From: Nostoc sp.
Lineage (GTDB): Bacteria; Cyanobacteriota; Cyanobacteriia; Cyanobacteriales; Nostocaceae
Direction: 5' to 3'
Assembly (NCBI GenBank): GCA_036918135.1
Contig: JBALDB010000038.1
Span: forward strand, 96,001 to 160,000
DNA: 64,000 bases
The stretch's first letter is position 1. Each line of letters begins with the position of its first letter. Made by a program: the position numbers and the translations under genes. The notes under the pieces were generated by a model that saw nothing but the letters and a program-made list of their open reading frames with translations, searched no databases and had not been told where the DNA came from. Of the stretch, positions 27,724 through 39,038 are shown in pieces.

Positions 27724-28130
27724 TGGATAATTTCCTCCTTTTCCACATCATAAACTATCAGATTAATTTGACTTCGCTGGATAATAGTTTTAATAAACGG
27801 TTTAGTTAAAAAATCATTATAAGTGTTTAAGGGCACTGCTAAATACAAAATTAGCTCAGAACCTATTTCTTCTAACGCATATCGATAATTAATAAACTGT
27901 CCTACCGCTGTATGAAACTCAGAAATAGTTGAAGTCCCAACAAAACTTTTAACTTCAACCGCTATTTTTTGTCCTTCTCTTTCTGCCGCAATAATTTTCT
28001 CGGCTCCCAAATCAATATACATATCTGCAATATTTTCTATACGAATTAACAAAGGGTCATGAGTAATTCGCCATCCGTCTTTTTGTAATGCCGATTTCAC
28101 AACATTATGAAATTTATCTCTAGCTGACAT
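27711..28130 (-). CDS. xisH: XisH protein (PD-(D/E)xK-like)
   Basis: MSARDKFHNVVKSALQKDGWRITHDPL, IDLGAEK, IAVEVKSF and FHTAVGQF; overlaps the xisI start. Confidence 0.92.
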   Translation of the reverse strand: MSARDKFHNVVKSALQKDGWRITHDPLLIRIENIADMYIDLGAEKIIAAEREGQKIAVEVKSFVGTSTISEFHTAVGQFINYRYALEEIGSELILYLAVPLNTYNDFLTKPFIKTIIQRSQINLIVYDVEKEEIIQWQI

Positions 28131-28220
28131 AAACTGTTTTTTGGCTTCTATATATAATTTGGCCAAAATGCTTGACGAACAATAGAAGTTAGGAATTTTA
28201 TTATGAACTCCTAACTCTTG

Positions 28221-28248
28221 TAGAGACGGAATTAATCGCGTCTCTACT
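28221..28248. repeat. REP-like palindrome GTAGAGACG...CGTCTCTAC
   Basis: GTAG-headed hairpin; similar GTA(G)-headed palindromes at about 35142-35169, 38642-38670 and 54370-54396. Confidence 0.6.
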
Positions 28249-28261
28249 ACTCTTAACTTTT

Positions 28262-31200
28262 TTAATTCGCTTGCAAGGGCGCATTCAAGATTTTCTCAAT
28301 GCGATCGCGTGTTTCTAGTAAATGTGCTTTAGTGTATTCATCATCGGAATTCACATTTTTGAGTTTCTCATCTAATTGTTTGAGTTTATACCAGGCTAAA
28401 GTTCGAGCATCTTCTGGGACATTTTCTTTACGTAATACCATGCCACTTAAAATGTCCAGATATTCCCGCTGCAAGCCTCGCCGCAAACTAGCAATCTTCA
28501 TTGGTTTAGCTTTTGGTTTTAGTACTTCCGTCCAAATACCAGATTGCAAAGTGTCAAATAATTCTGGTAAAGTCAATGCATTGTCTGCCTTGGTTTTGAG
28601 TTCGATATCTTTGAGACGAGAAAGGCGATCGGCTGAAAGTAAATCACGCAGTACAGAACTCTGTAAAAGTAGCACCAAATCGTGAATCGGAAAATCCAAA
28701 CGGCCAACTTGCGGATAACTACCCCAATGTCGCCAACGGGAAGGTGCTAATTTATTCAACAGTTCTGGTGAGAAATTCAAGGCATCTTCTGCAAATAGAT
28801 ATTTTTGTAGTGTTTCTAAAGCCTGCCGTTGTTGTTCGACTGGTACTGGTTCAAATGGTAATCGGTGTTGGCTAACTCCTGAGGGTATTTCGCTGGGGTG
28901 GATGCGATAGAAAGACTGTCCCCCAATGTATTTTGTGGTGTAATATATCTGCTGGAAATAGTTCCCCAATACTGTGCTAAAACGTTCGCTGACATCGCTG
29001 TAACTATCTCCGGCCATTGGGTAACGCTGATCGAGACGTTCCCACATTATACGGGAATTATTCAACTGCCATTGAGAATAAAGCAGCACATTGCCGCTGT
29101 TATCCCAAGCATTGGCTGTGGGATCGAGGTCATACACATCTTCGTCGGTGGAATAACTCAACTCAGGTTTGTAAGATTGTGCGGCAATTTCTTCTAAAAT
29201 TGGCTTTTCTGCTACAGGAGTCGATGTCTGAATTGGCATGTAGCCGTACTTAATCGCCCATTCATCATAAGGCCCTACCATACTCGGAAAATAATCTCCC
29301 TGTTTTGTACCTTGAGGAGCAATATTTGGGGGAATGTAGTCCATTACGGAAGCTGTCAAACCTTTAGTTTTAGTAATTTCCGTATTATTCATCTCTTGTG
29401 GTGGTAATAAAGTACTACCACGGAAGTTATGCCGTAAACCAAGTGTATGCCCAACTTCATGGGCGATGATTAAACGTAAATATTGATTGATATATTCTTT
29501 AACTTTGTCTTGACTGGGCATATTATCTGGCAGCAATGACATAGCCAGGGAACCAAAGGCAAACTGATTAGTAGCTTCCATCCCATAGCATAAATCGTAT
29601 TCGCCTGCCATTTTAGATAAATTACCTAACAATCCTTGTTGTGCTTGCGTTTGCTGGGGTGCATTCTTGTCTTTAGCATTTAAACCATTGCTGCAAAGTA
29701 GCCGATTTTGCATCAATGTCGATAAAGTAGTAGTATTTTGTACTTGGCTGGGTTGGACGATTTTGCGATATTCATTCTTGAGTGCCCGGACAAAGCTAGC
29801 GTCTACGAGAATGTCTGCATCCAAAATTTCTCCTGTCAACGGATTAACGCGGGATGGGCCCAGTGCAAAGTATCCATCTACTGTATTAATCCAGCGAATC
29901 GTGTTGTAACGAATATCTGCTGGATCCCAAGTGGCATCATCTGGCATTTGCCGGACTTCAATGGCATCCTTGAATCCGGCTTGGAGAAAGGCTTTATTCC
30001 ACATCAAGACGCCTTCTTTCATTGCATCGCGGTATTCTAAAGGCACAGCGTTATCAATCCAAAAGACAATCGGTTTTTTGGGACGAGAAATTGCTGCTTT
30101 TGGGTCTTGTTTTTCCAAGTCCCAGCGGTTGATGTAGCGGACGAAAGAATCGCCCCGATCGTCTTTGGATAAATCTTGGTAGGCGGTGATAAAATAACCG
30201 ACGCGATCGTCGGCAAAGCGGGGACGATAATTTTTATCAGGTAGTTGGGAGAAACTGTAGTGGACGCGTAAGGTAAAGCTGCGGTTGTCGGGTAGCGAGG
30301 CGAAGTTTGGCCCGTCACTGTCACTAGAGAAATTTAAAATTGACTCAACTTCTACATTCTGGGGAAAAGCTTTAGAAGTACCAAAATATGACTGGTCTGG
30401 GTCTTTTGGAACTCCTAAACTTGAAGATAATCCCGCCAAGTCTGTGAGTAACAAATCGCTCAGGTCGATAAGAATGGTTTTGCGTTGCGGATGAATGCTT
30501 TTAATGGAAATATTGTAGAGAACAGAGTCACTAAAAGAACGGGCGAGCGATCGCGCTTGCGGATCTCCGTCACGAGTCCGGAAATTGACATTGCGGATCG
30601 TAAAGTGTAAATCATTATCCACTCGCTGGAAATAAAACAAAAAATCTTGCAGAGGCATACCGCTGTAAATACCTCGTTCGCCAATGCCTGATTCCAATGT
30701 TGCCGTAGCTAAGAAATTTTTATTCAGTTGTTCTGGTTTAATTTCTAAATAAATTTTATTCTTTTGTTTATTGCGATAAAGAGTGAACAATCCTCCCTGC
30801 TTCACTGTGTCTTTCACTACTTCATCAAATGGCTCTAAATCATCCTTTGCTGCTGGCTTAGCACTAGAATTCGGCTTGGAATTCGGTTTTTGTGTCGGTT
30901 TAGCGACTTGCAAAAATGGTTGTTGTGCTGCTTTTTTTAAATCTTTTACTATCCAAATAAACGGTTGAGGCTGGGCGTCTTTATTGCGATCGACTACCCA
31001 AACTTGCCCTGCTGCTAGTCTCTGTTGAGGACGAATATTGATATTTTTTAGCGATAAGGCTGAGGTTTTAGTTGAAGTTTCTTTAGTTAAGAAATTATTG
31101 GACTTGTCTTTACTTGTGGCTGTGACTAAGACTGTCTGATGGTTGCTAGACAACTGTTGCTTTGCTCCATCAATAGACACTGACTTAGCGCTAGCCGTTG

Positions 31201-31264
31201 CTATTCCTAAAAACAAACCCTGTAACAAAATCATATAAAAACTTAATCTGTTCATCGCATTCAT
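28262..31264 (-). CDS. Secreted zinc-dependent metalloprotease (DUF5117/DUF5118/DUF4953 type)
   Basis: HEVGHTLGLRHNF zinc motif, SVMDY Met-turn, YRPRFADDRVGYF and a signal peptide. Confidence 0.9.
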   Translation of the reverse strand: MNAMNRLSFYMILLQGLFLGIATASAKSVSIDGAKQQLSSNHQTVLVTATSKDKSNNFLTKETSTKTSALSLKNINIRPQQRLAAGQVWVVDRNKDAQPQPFIWIVKDLKKAAQQPFLQVAKPTQKPNSKPNSSAKPAAKDDLEPFDEVVKDTVKQGGLFTLYRNKQKNKIYLEIKPEQLNKNFLATATLESGIGERGIYSGMPLQDFLFYFQRVDNDLHFTIRNVNFRTRDGDPQARSLARSFSDSVLYNISIKSIHPQRKTILIDLSDLLLTDLAGLSSSLGVPKDPDQSYFGTSKAFPQNVEVESILNFSSDSDGPNFASLPDNRSFTLRVHYSFSQLPDKNYRPRFADDRVGYFITAYQDLSKDDRGDSFVRYINRWDLEKQDPKAAISRPKKPIVFWIDNAVPLEYRDAMKEGVLMWNKAFLQAGFKDAIEVRQMPDDATWDPADIRYNTIRWINTVDGYFALGPSRVNPLTGEILDADILVDASFVRALKNEYRKIVQPSQVQNTTTLSTLMQNRLLCSNGLNAKDKNAPQQTQAQQGLLGNLSKMAGEYDLCYGMEATNQFAFGSLAMSLLPDNMPSQDKVKEYINQYLRLIIAHEVGHTLGLRHNFRGSTLLPPQEMNNTEITKTKGLTASVMDYIPPNIAPQGTKQGDYFPSMVGPYDEWAIKYGYMPIQTSTPVAEKPILEEIAAQSYKPELSYSTDEDVYDLDPTANAWDNSGNVLLYSQWQLNNSRIMWERLDQRYPMAGDSYSDVSERFSTVLGNYFQQIYYTTKYIGGQSFYRIHPSEIPSGVSQHRLPFEPVPVEQQRQALETLQKYLFAEDALNFSPELLNKLAPSRWRHWGSYPQVGRLDFPIHDLVLLLQSSVLRDLLSADRLSRLKDIELKTKADNALTLPELFDTLQSGIWTEVLKPKAKPMKIASLRRGLQREYLDILSGMVLRKENVPEDARTLAWYKLKQLDEKLKNVNSDDEYTKAHLLETRDRIEKILNAPLQAN

Positions 31265-31753
31265 CCCTAATAACTATCCCTGGTAATTTTTAACTTTTGC
31301 AAAGCCATGCACTCCCTCCCCAGCCGATTCATTACCTGCTTTATCTCAAGCAGTAAACTTTGACTACAATTTTAATTGCCATTTTTCCGTTTTCTTGAAC
31401 TGTTTTATACTCGGATTTTTCCTAACAATTGCGTCTCTGACAAAGAGTAAGTATTATTTTTACATCAGACTAGTAAATATCTTGGAAAAAAATATAATAA
31501 ATTTCCCAAAACCTCAAAATTATGTCATTTTGTAAATTATTTTTAAGTTGAGACTTTATTTACATCACTAGAATTACCTGAAAGTTAAAACCGCCTTCTA
31601 GCAAAGCCTTTGACAAACGTTATTGCCAATCTTCTAGTGTATATAGTATTAATTAATACGAATAATATATTCATAAAAAGCAAACTAGCAGAGAAAAAAT
31701 TTTAGTTGCGGATTATCAAAACAATTACTTTAAATGTATCAACGGACACAGAA

Positions 31754-33523
31754 ATGTCAACATATTTATCTCAAGTTTGGAAACTGCTGACAAATTGTGT
31801 GAGAGGTACAAGGTTAGAAGAGATGCCAAAAATTACATCTGTGGAAACTGAAGCAACTTTGCCTCTAGCAAAAAGTATTAAAGAGCCAGACGAAAGCGTT
31901 AAATTTATTCAAGATAATTTGCCGGAATATTTATTGTCTGAAAAACTACAAAAAAGCTTAGAAAAATGGACAATAGCAGGGAGTGGTAGGACTTCTAAGA
32001 TAGACGAAAAAACACTGGATAGGCAACCTACTGGTTTTGGCTTTAGAGTGTGCGATCGCCAGATGCATGAAGAGATTTACGATTTATTGGGTAACAGTGC
32101 GCTCAAACCCGAAATAGTCAACGAACTGATGGTATTTCTGATAACAGGTCAAAAAATTTGCCTAGAACTACTTTTCTTGCGGCTAGAAAATTTTTTTTGT
32201 CGCTGGTGTCAGGGAGAATTTATCGATGCCACACCAGAGGATAACCTGCCTCAGAAAAAAATGTTACAGTTGGCAGAAAAAAATATTGCGATCGGGCTGA
32301 GACAAATAGATATATATACAGGGCTAAACGTACTGATTTTACTATTAGAGTTACACCGCTATGCTCAAGGGCAAGAGCGACTTAAACAAAAAATCACTTT
32401 CTATCCATCTGCCAAACCAAACATAGACAATTTTTTCACATCCCAACTGCTGCGGATCGTTAACTATAGTGATGCCTTAGAAATTGGCAACTTTAGCAGT
32501 ATAATCGGCCAATTTCTCAAAGGCGGCAATTTTACTGGTGCTTACCTCGGTGATGCTAACCTGACTGGGGTAGACTTTAGTGGTGCTAACCTCAGCCGTG
32601 CTTACCTCGGTGATGCCAACCTAACTGGCGTCAATTTTAGCCATGCCAATCTTAGCGGCGCTAACCTCGGTGATGCCAACCTCAGTGGTACCAACCTCAG
32701 TGGTGCCAACCTCAGTGGTGCCGACCTCAGCAGCGCTAACCTCAGCGGTGCCAACCTCAGCGGTGCTAACCTCAACCGCGCCGACCTCAGTCGCGCTGAC
32801 CTAAGCTGTGCCGATCTCAGTCGTGCCAACCTCACCCGCGCCGATCTCAACCGCGCCGACCTCAGTAGCACCAACCTTAACTCTGCTGACCTAAGTAACG
32901 CCATCCTTTTCGGTGCCAATTTGAGTGACGCCAACCTCACCAGCAGTAACCTCAGCCATGCTGACCTTTGCCGTGGTGACCTCAGCGGTGCTGACTTGAG
33001 TCACGCCATCCTCAACGGTACGAACCTGAGTGACACAATTCTTTTTAGTACCAACCTCAACAGCGCCATCCTCGTTGCCGCCGACCTCAGTTACGCCAAA
33101 CTCAATGGCGCCAAGCTCAACAATGCTAGACTTAACGGTGCTATGTTCTTAGGCGCTGACCTCAGCGGCGTAGATTTGAGTTGGGTAATTCTCAACGAAG
33201 CCGACCTCAGTGGCGTGATTCTCAACGACGCCGACCTCAGTGGTGCAGATCTCACCGACGCCATACTTTTCGGCACAGACCTCAGCTATGCTAACCTGAA
33301 TAGCGCTAACCTCAGTGGCAGTAACCTCACAGGTGCGATCCTCAATGGTGCGAATCTCAGCCACAGTAATCTTAGCAGCGCCATTCTCGGAGGTGCTGAC
33401 CTCAGCGACGCCAATATGGAACAAATGACTTGGGGTCAAAAGCAGCAGTGGGAAAGTGTACGGGGACTAGAGACAGCAATTAATGTACCAGAGGCGTTGA
33501 AGGAAGAATTGGGGCTGAAGTAA
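31754..33523 (+). CDS. Pentapeptide-repeat protein with N-terminal globular domain
   Basis: About 300 aa of A(N/D)LSG repeats (about 32520-33420). ATG at 31754 preferred to TTG at 31706. Confidence 0.9.
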   Translation: MSTYLSQVWKLLTNCVRGTRLEEMPKITSVETEATLPLAKSIKEPDESVKFIQDNLPEYLLSEKLQKSLEKWTIAGSGRTSKIDEKTLDRQPTGFGFRVCDRQMHEEIYDLLGNSALKPEIVNELMVFLITGQKICLELLFLRLENFFCRWCQGEFIDATPEDNLPQKKMLQLAEKNIAIGLRQIDIYTGLNVLILLLELHRYAQGQERLKQKITFYPSAKPNIDNFFTSQLLRIVNYSDALEIGNFSSIIGQFLKGGNFTGAYLGDANLTGVDFSGANLSRAYLGDANLTGVNFSHANLSGANLGDANLSGTNLSGANLSGADLSSANLSGANLSGANLNRADLSRADLSCADLSRANLTRADLNRADLSSTNLNSADLSNAILFGANLSDANLTSSNLSHADLCRGDLSGADLSHAILNGTNLSDTILFSTNLNSAILVAADLSYAKLNGAKLNNARLNGAMFLGADLSGVDLSWVILNEADLSGVILNDADLSGADLTDAILFGTDLSYANLNSANLSGSNLTGAILNGANLSHSNLSSAILGGADLSDANMEQMTWGQKQQWESVRGLETAINVPEALKEELGLK

Positions 33524-33550
33524 GATCGAAGGAAAGGTAAAATCCAGCCT

Positions 33551-33613
33551 TTGAACTGCATCATTCGAGTTCCGAACTGCATGGTTCTAGTTTTGAACTG
33601 CATCGTTCTAGTT
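33551..33613. repeat. 21-bp tandem repeat x3
   Basis: TTGAACTGCATCATTCGAGTT / CCGAACTGCATGGTTCTAGTT / TTGAACTGCATCGTTCTAGTT. Confidence 0.8.
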
Positions 33614-33953
33614 TGGAAGTCCGTTTGTGAATATCTGAGCTTGAAGGATGAACTTAGAAACAGCAAACGTCTAATTAATAGGATAATGCGATCGCCTTTT
33701 CTCTTCCTCAGTGTCCTCTACGTCTCGGCTGTTCGTGATTCTTAATACACTCCATCAACTCTAAACTTTAGACTAGACTCTAAATACCAGTAATTATACG
33801 AATCTAAGCGAATGAAAAAGTGCTTATCACGAATCTAATACATACCTCAAAGCCAGTTCTAAACTTGCTAACTGCAAAGCAGAGGGTTATATCCCGCTTG
33901 CTAGAGTGTGAGTCGTTCACGTAAAATATAGTGCCATTATTGCGGCAGTTCTC

Positions 33954-35024
33954 ATGACTTCATCTGCGTCGTTCGACACGTTAGAGTCTTTACAGGCGGA
34001 TATCGCTGAATTGATCGCTCGTCTACCGACTTTAAAAAATCGACAACTTATTCAGCAAGCACTTGCTACTATTGTTCGCCTTGCTGATACGGAAATTGAG
34101 CGTCTCGATTGGAAAATATTATCAGCTGCGCTAGCAGATATGGAGCGCGGTTTCCAACTTTTTTATGATTACCGACACGTTCGCAAAGTCACGATTTTTG
34201 GTTCTGCTCGCCTTGCACCAGATACACTAGAATACCAAATGGCGCTGGAGTTTGCTCGCGCCGTTACTAAATTGGGATTTATGGTAATGACCGGCGGTGG
34301 CGGTGGAATCATGCAGGCGGGTCACGAAGGTGCTGGGCGAGAAAATTCCTTTGGCTTAAATATTCAGTTACCCTTTGAACAGCAAGCAAACCCGTTTATA
34401 GAAGGCGATCCCAAGCTAATTAATTTCAAATATTTCTTTACCCGCAAGCTGTTTCTCCTCAAAGAAAGCGATGCTATAGCTTTGTTTCCTGGCGGCTTTG
34501 GTACTCAAGATGAAGCTTTTGAATGTATGACGTTAAGCCAAAATGGTAAATTTGGCCCGATACCTTTAGTTTTAATTGACCACCCTGGTGGTGATTACTG
34601 GCGCTCTTGGAGCGAATATATTGATAAGCAATTAGTCCACAAAGGTCTTGTCAGTCCTGATGACCCCAGTCTTTACACAGTAACAGACAACTTGGATGTG
34701 GCTTGTGAGGCTATTACTCGTTTTTACGAGGTTTATCATTCTAGCCGCTATGTCGCAAATCGCTTAATCATCCGTCTCAAAACAGATTTATCAGACGCTC
34801 AGGTAGAGCAACTCAATGCCGATTTCAATGACATTATTATTCAAGGAAGGATTGAAAAAAGTCAAGCGTTACCCCAAGAAGCCCAAGATGAAACTATTGG
34901 ACTACCCCGCCTGATTTTGTACTTTAATCAACGTGATTTGGGGCGCTTGTATCAGATGATTGCTAGAATTAACCAGGTGGGTACTCCTTCACCAGAGGAT
35001 GCAGCGCATCCAGAAAGAAAGTAG
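33954..35024 (+). CDS. LOG family (lysine-decarboxylase-like/phosphoribohydrolase) protein
   Basis: VTIFGSAR, TGGGGGIMQAG, FKYFFTRK and FPGGFGTQDE. Confidence 0.9.
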   Translation: MTSSASFDTLESLQADIAELIARLPTLKNRQLIQQALATIVRLADTEIERLDWKILSAALADMERGFQLFYDYRHVRKVTIFGSARLAPDTLEYQMALEFARAVTKLGFMVMTGGGGGIMQAGHEGAGRENSFGLNIQLPFEQQANPFIEGDPKLINFKYFFTRKLFLLKESDAIALFPGGFGTQDEAFECMTLSQNGKFGPIPLVLIDHPGGDYWRSWSEYIDKQLVHKGLVSPDDPSLYTVTDNLDVACEAITRFYEVYHSSRYVANRLIIRLKTDLSDAQVEQLNADFNDIIIQGRIEKSQALPQEAQDETIGLPRLILYFNQRDLGRLYQMIARINQVGTPSPEDAAHPERK

Positions 35025-35801
35025 GCTTTTAGAGTGGAAAAATTCACCTGGATCTCAATATTTTTGACAGTCTTCATAGACTGCTGTTGCTAGTTTAATG
35101 TGATACCATTCGCGAAAATCTTTGCAACAAATGAATTGGCTGTATGGGTGTACGACTATACGCCCATACCCATATATCTGTCACATTAATCAAAAGAAAA
35201 ACAGATTTTTAGTTGGGGGAAATATATTAATGAAGCACTGTGCAGAATGTAGCTAATAGAAGAAGACAAATAAATTAATTAGCGGCTTGACTTTATCAAA
35301 ATTTTTATAATTTCTGTTGGATAATTCAATTGATACATAAGCGCAAATAACCCAATTTGACTGACTCGATCGCCCCAAAAGCAAAACTATCCTCATCGAC
35401 ATCCAGACTTTTGCACATCCCCTGAAAAGTCAGATTGCAGCGTAGGCGATCGCCACAAGTTTCTAACCATGACTACGGCTTTTTAATTTGTATTTCTTTT
35501 TATCGTTAATGGCGATCGCACTTGGAAAAGTAGTGTATATAAATTATTGTCAAACTAAAAAAATGATTCAATATGGCAAGAAAATTTACCTTGCCTCCTT
35601 TATACTGGCTTTCAACAGAGGTGGCTGTTAGAAGTCCGTATTTTTTTGGTAAAAGGTTTAACGAAAATCAGGTAATTTAACCTACTTTCAGATGAGAAAA
35701 ACACCAGTTATTATGGCTGAGTGCTGATCGGCATAAAAAAACCTGTATATTAGCACAGGAAATAATATAGAACATCCTAAACAAACATAGAGGAATAAAA
35801 T

Positions 35802-37124
35802 ATGCTGGAAATACTAGGTTCAGGTTTGGTGTCGCTTTGGCTGGAAATGGCTGGGGTAAACATCAAGCCTCTAGATGCTTTAGATGCATTGGCTTGGCAA
35901 AGTAGACCTGGCTTGGTTCTAGCCCCCGATCCCAATCCCACTGGGGCGACTACGGTACAAGCATATCTCAAGCAGTTAATAACATCAAAAGTAGTAGGGG
36001 CAAATCTGGCTGAAAGTCAGGGAATATGGATGCAGTCAGGGCCGATGCTGATGGCAAATCATCAAGGTACAACAGCTCTACCGGCTGCCTCTTTAACTAA
36101 AATTGCTACTTCATTAGTTGCTTTGAAAACTTGGGGCCCAGACCATCAATTTGATACTTTGGTGAGCATCACTGGCCCAGTGGTAAATGGGGTTGTGCAA
36201 GGTGATTTAGTGATTACTGGTGGCGGCGATCCGATGTTTGTTTGGGAAGAAGCGATCGCCCTTGGTAATACTTTAAATCAGATGGGCATCAAGCAAGTAA
36301 AGGGAAATTTGGTGATTACTGGGAATTTTGCGATGAATTTCCAACGTCAGCCGATGCTAGCGGGTCTAATACTCAAGCAAACATTAAATTCTGCGACTTG
36401 GGGTCGTCCTGCTGTTTACATATACTCAATCATGCCCAAGGGAACACCCAAGCCGAAAGTTGTGATTGCGGGTGCTGTCAAATTTGAGGCACAACCAAAT
36501 CCGCGACAAACTTTATTAGTGCGTCATCGTTCGTTACCTCTGAAGCAACTGCTCAAGGAAATGAACGTTTACAGTAACAATGATATGGCAGAGATGCTAG
36601 CACAGTCAGTGGGAGGAGCCAGTGTAGTACAATCTACTGCTGCTTATCTTGCTAAAGTGCCGCAATCAGAAATTCAGTTAATCAATGGTTCTGGATTAGG
36701 GCCAGAAAATCGCATTTCCCCCAGAGCTGTTTGTTCTATGCTCATGGCTATTCAAGGGGAAGCAAACGCCTATCAACTGAATCTAGCTGACTTGTTCCCC
36801 ATGTCTGGCTTCGATCGCCGAGGAACACTCCACGCCAGACACATCCCCTCTGCTACTGTCATCAAAACAGGCACTCTCCGCGATGTTAGCGCTTTAGCCG
36901 GAGTCATGCCTACACGCGATCGCGGTTTGGTTTGGTTTGCGATTATCAACCGTGGTACAAATGTCTGGGGTTTACGTACTGGACAAGACCAACTTTTGCA
37001 ACGTGTTGTCCAACAATTACAAGTACCTCAAACCGTCCCTTTTGCCATCACTCCCCACTCAGCTATCAACACTCTACCCCAGCTAGGCGCAGCGATTCGC
37101 AATGAAATTTTATTCAAAAGTTAG
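35802..37124 (+). CDS. dacB: D-alanyl-D-alanine carboxypeptidase (peptidase S13, PBP4-like)
   Basis: PAASLTK (SxxK), YSNN (SxN), IKTGTL and NGSGL. Confidence 0.88.
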   Translation: MLEILGSGLVSLWLEMAGVNIKPLDALDALAWQSRPGLVLAPDPNPTGATTVQAYLKQLITSKVVGANLAESQGIWMQSGPMLMANHQGTTALPAASLTKIATSLVALKTWGPDHQFDTLVSITGPVVNGVVQGDLVITGGGDPMFVWEEAIALGNTLNQMGIKQVKGNLVITGNFAMNFQRQPMLAGLILKQTLNSATWGRPAVYIYSIMPKGTPKPKVVIAGAVKFEAQPNPRQTLLVRHRSLPLKQLLKEMNVYSNNDMAEMLAQSVGGASVVQSTAAYLAKVPQSEIQLINGSGLGPENRISPRAVCSMLMAIQGEANAYQLNLADLFPMSGFDRRGTLHARHIPSATVIKTGTLRDVSALAGVMPTRDRGLVWFAIINRGTNVWGLRTGQDQLLQRVVQQLQVPQTVPFAITPHSAINTLPQLGAAIRNEILFKS

Positions 37125-37400
37125 TTTATTGGTAATTAACAGCAGATTCCTAAATTCTGATTCCTAAACTATCCTGTCTGGGTAAAAACCGAACCTGTAA
37201 AGTGTAAATCTCCATAATAGCTTTTGAGGTAAATTTTCCATTAAGTTGATTAAAGGTAACTTGCAAAATACCCTAACCCTAATAGTGGCTAGAGTGAGCA
37301 AAACCAAAAGCAAAAAGCCAACGTCAAATTTGTAAAAATAATTGTAAATAGATCTGTCACGACTAAGTAACAATTAAGCTTCTAGATTTAGGTTGTGATT

Positions 37401-38615
37401 ATGCGATTTCCCAAATTACCCAGACCTGTGCGGCAACTAACCACTCATGTATTAGCGATCGCGCTAGGAGTTATACTCACAATTAGTACATTGCAGGTGT
37501 TGCCGTCCCAAGCCGAACCTGCACCGATTGCACCTGCTGTGGATACTCCAGAAATCATTGCCCAACGACAATCACCTACAACTTCTACCATTGGTAGCAG
37601 TAGCTTTGTCACAGCAGCAGTCAACCGTGTGGGTACAGCAGTTGTCCGAATTGATACTGAACGGACAATTACTCGGCGCATGGATCCATTTTTACAAGAC
37701 CCCTTTTTCCGTCGCTTTTTTGGTGACGGTTTGCCCCAACAAATGCCTTCCGAACAGCTGCGCGGTTTAGGCTCAGGTTTTATTCTTGACAAGAGCGGAT
37801 TAGTTTTGACTAATGCCCATGTGGTAGATAAAGCTGATAAGGTAACAGTCCGGCTCAAGGATGGCCGCAGCTTTGAAGGCAAAGTTCAAGGTATAGATGA
37901 AGTTACAGATTTGGCAGTAGTCAAGATTAACGCTGGTAACGATTTACCAGTGGCGCCCTTGGGTTCTTCGAGTAATGTACAAGTAGGAGACTGGGCGATC
38001 GCAGTTGGTAATCCTTTGGGATTTGATAACACTGTTACTTTGGGAATTGTCAGTACCCTCAAACGTTCCAGCGCCCAAGTCGGTATTACTGATAAACGCT
38101 TAGACTTCATTCAAACAGACGCCGCCATTAACCCCGGTAACTCTGGCGGGCCACTGTTAAATGGACGAGGTGAAGTGATTGGTATTAACACAGCTATTCG
38201 CCCTGATGCAATGGGTATTGGCTTTGCCATTCCTATCGATAAAGCCAAAGCGATCGCATCTGTGCTACAACGTCAAGGCAAAGTTCCTCACCCATATTTA
38301 GGGGTGCAAATGGTAACTTTAACACCCGATCTTGCCAAGCAAAATAACACCGATCCTAACTCTCCGATTCAGATACCAGAAATTAATGGTGTTTTTGTGA
38401 TGCAAGTTATTCCCAATTCTCCAGCTGCATCTGCGGGTATCCGGCGCGGAGATGTAATCGTTCAAGTCGATGGTAAAGCAATTACTAGTGCTGAACAATT
38501 GCAGAATCTTGTGGAAGACAGTCGCCTGGGTCAAGTATTACAGGTAAAAGTGCAACGAGGTAATCAAACACAGCAGCTTTCAATACGCACAGCTGAATTG
38601 CAAAACGCTTCCTAA
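37401..38615 (+). CDS. hhoA: HtrA/Deg serine protease with PDZ domain
   Basis: LTNAHVV, TDLAVVK, GNSGGPL and a C-terminal PDZ domain. Confidence 0.9.
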   Translation: MRFPKLPRPVRQLTTHVLAIALGVILTISTLQVLPSQAEPAPIAPAVDTPEIIAQRQSPTTSTIGSSSFVTAAVNRVGTAVVRIDTERTITRRMDPFLQDPFFRRFFGDGLPQQMPSEQLRGLGSGFILDKSGLVLTNAHVVDKADKVTVRLKDGRSFEGKVQGIDEVTDLAVVKINAGNDLPVAPLGSSSNVQVGDWAIAVGNPLGFDNTVTLGIVSTLKRSSAQVGITDKRLDFIQTDAAINPGNSGGPLLNGRGEVIGINTAIRPDAMGIGFAIPIDKAKAIASVLQRQGKVPHPYLGVQMVTLTPDLAKQNNTDPNSPIQIPEINGVFVMQVIPNSPAASAGIRRGDVIVQVDGKAITSAEQLQNLVEDSRLGQVLQVKVQRGNQTQQLSIRTAELQNAS

Positions 38616-39038
38616 AAGGAATATAGCCGATTTTAATTATAGTAGGGTAGCACAGCTCGTGCTACCCTACTATGCGTTGTCTGAAATTTAAGTTAATAAA
38701 ATATTTCTTTGTTTTTTAAAGTCTATAGCGATCGCAAATATTTTTTGAGCTAATACTATTTTTTTGTGAGGCAGCGCCAAATTTTTTGACTTCTTATTTG
38801 TTTGTTTTTTTGCAACGACAATCGCTTATGGAGAGAAGTCAGAGCCGAGGAAACCTCCGCTCTGAATTTACGAGGGAAACCCCTATCTTTGCGCTGCCTT
38901 TATTTTGTGGTTTGTTTCTATATGGCGCAACTTCATACACAAAAGGTATACCTACTCCATAACATTGTCCGTATTTCGATTAACATCTACTTAATATCAA
39001 TCAGATGAACGTCTAATATAATTAGAATTTTAAATAAA

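Noticed and set aside
28299..30968. Many 60-130-aa ORFs overlapping long genes, here and throughout the window
   Set aside because: They are antisense or alternate-frame shadows of well-supported CDSs with no independent motifs.
33551..33613. 21-bp repeats as a mini-CRISPR or iterons; ORFs 33436-33666 and 33551-33745
   Set aside because: The units are contiguous with no spacers and no rep gene is nearby; the ORFs are repeat-derived.
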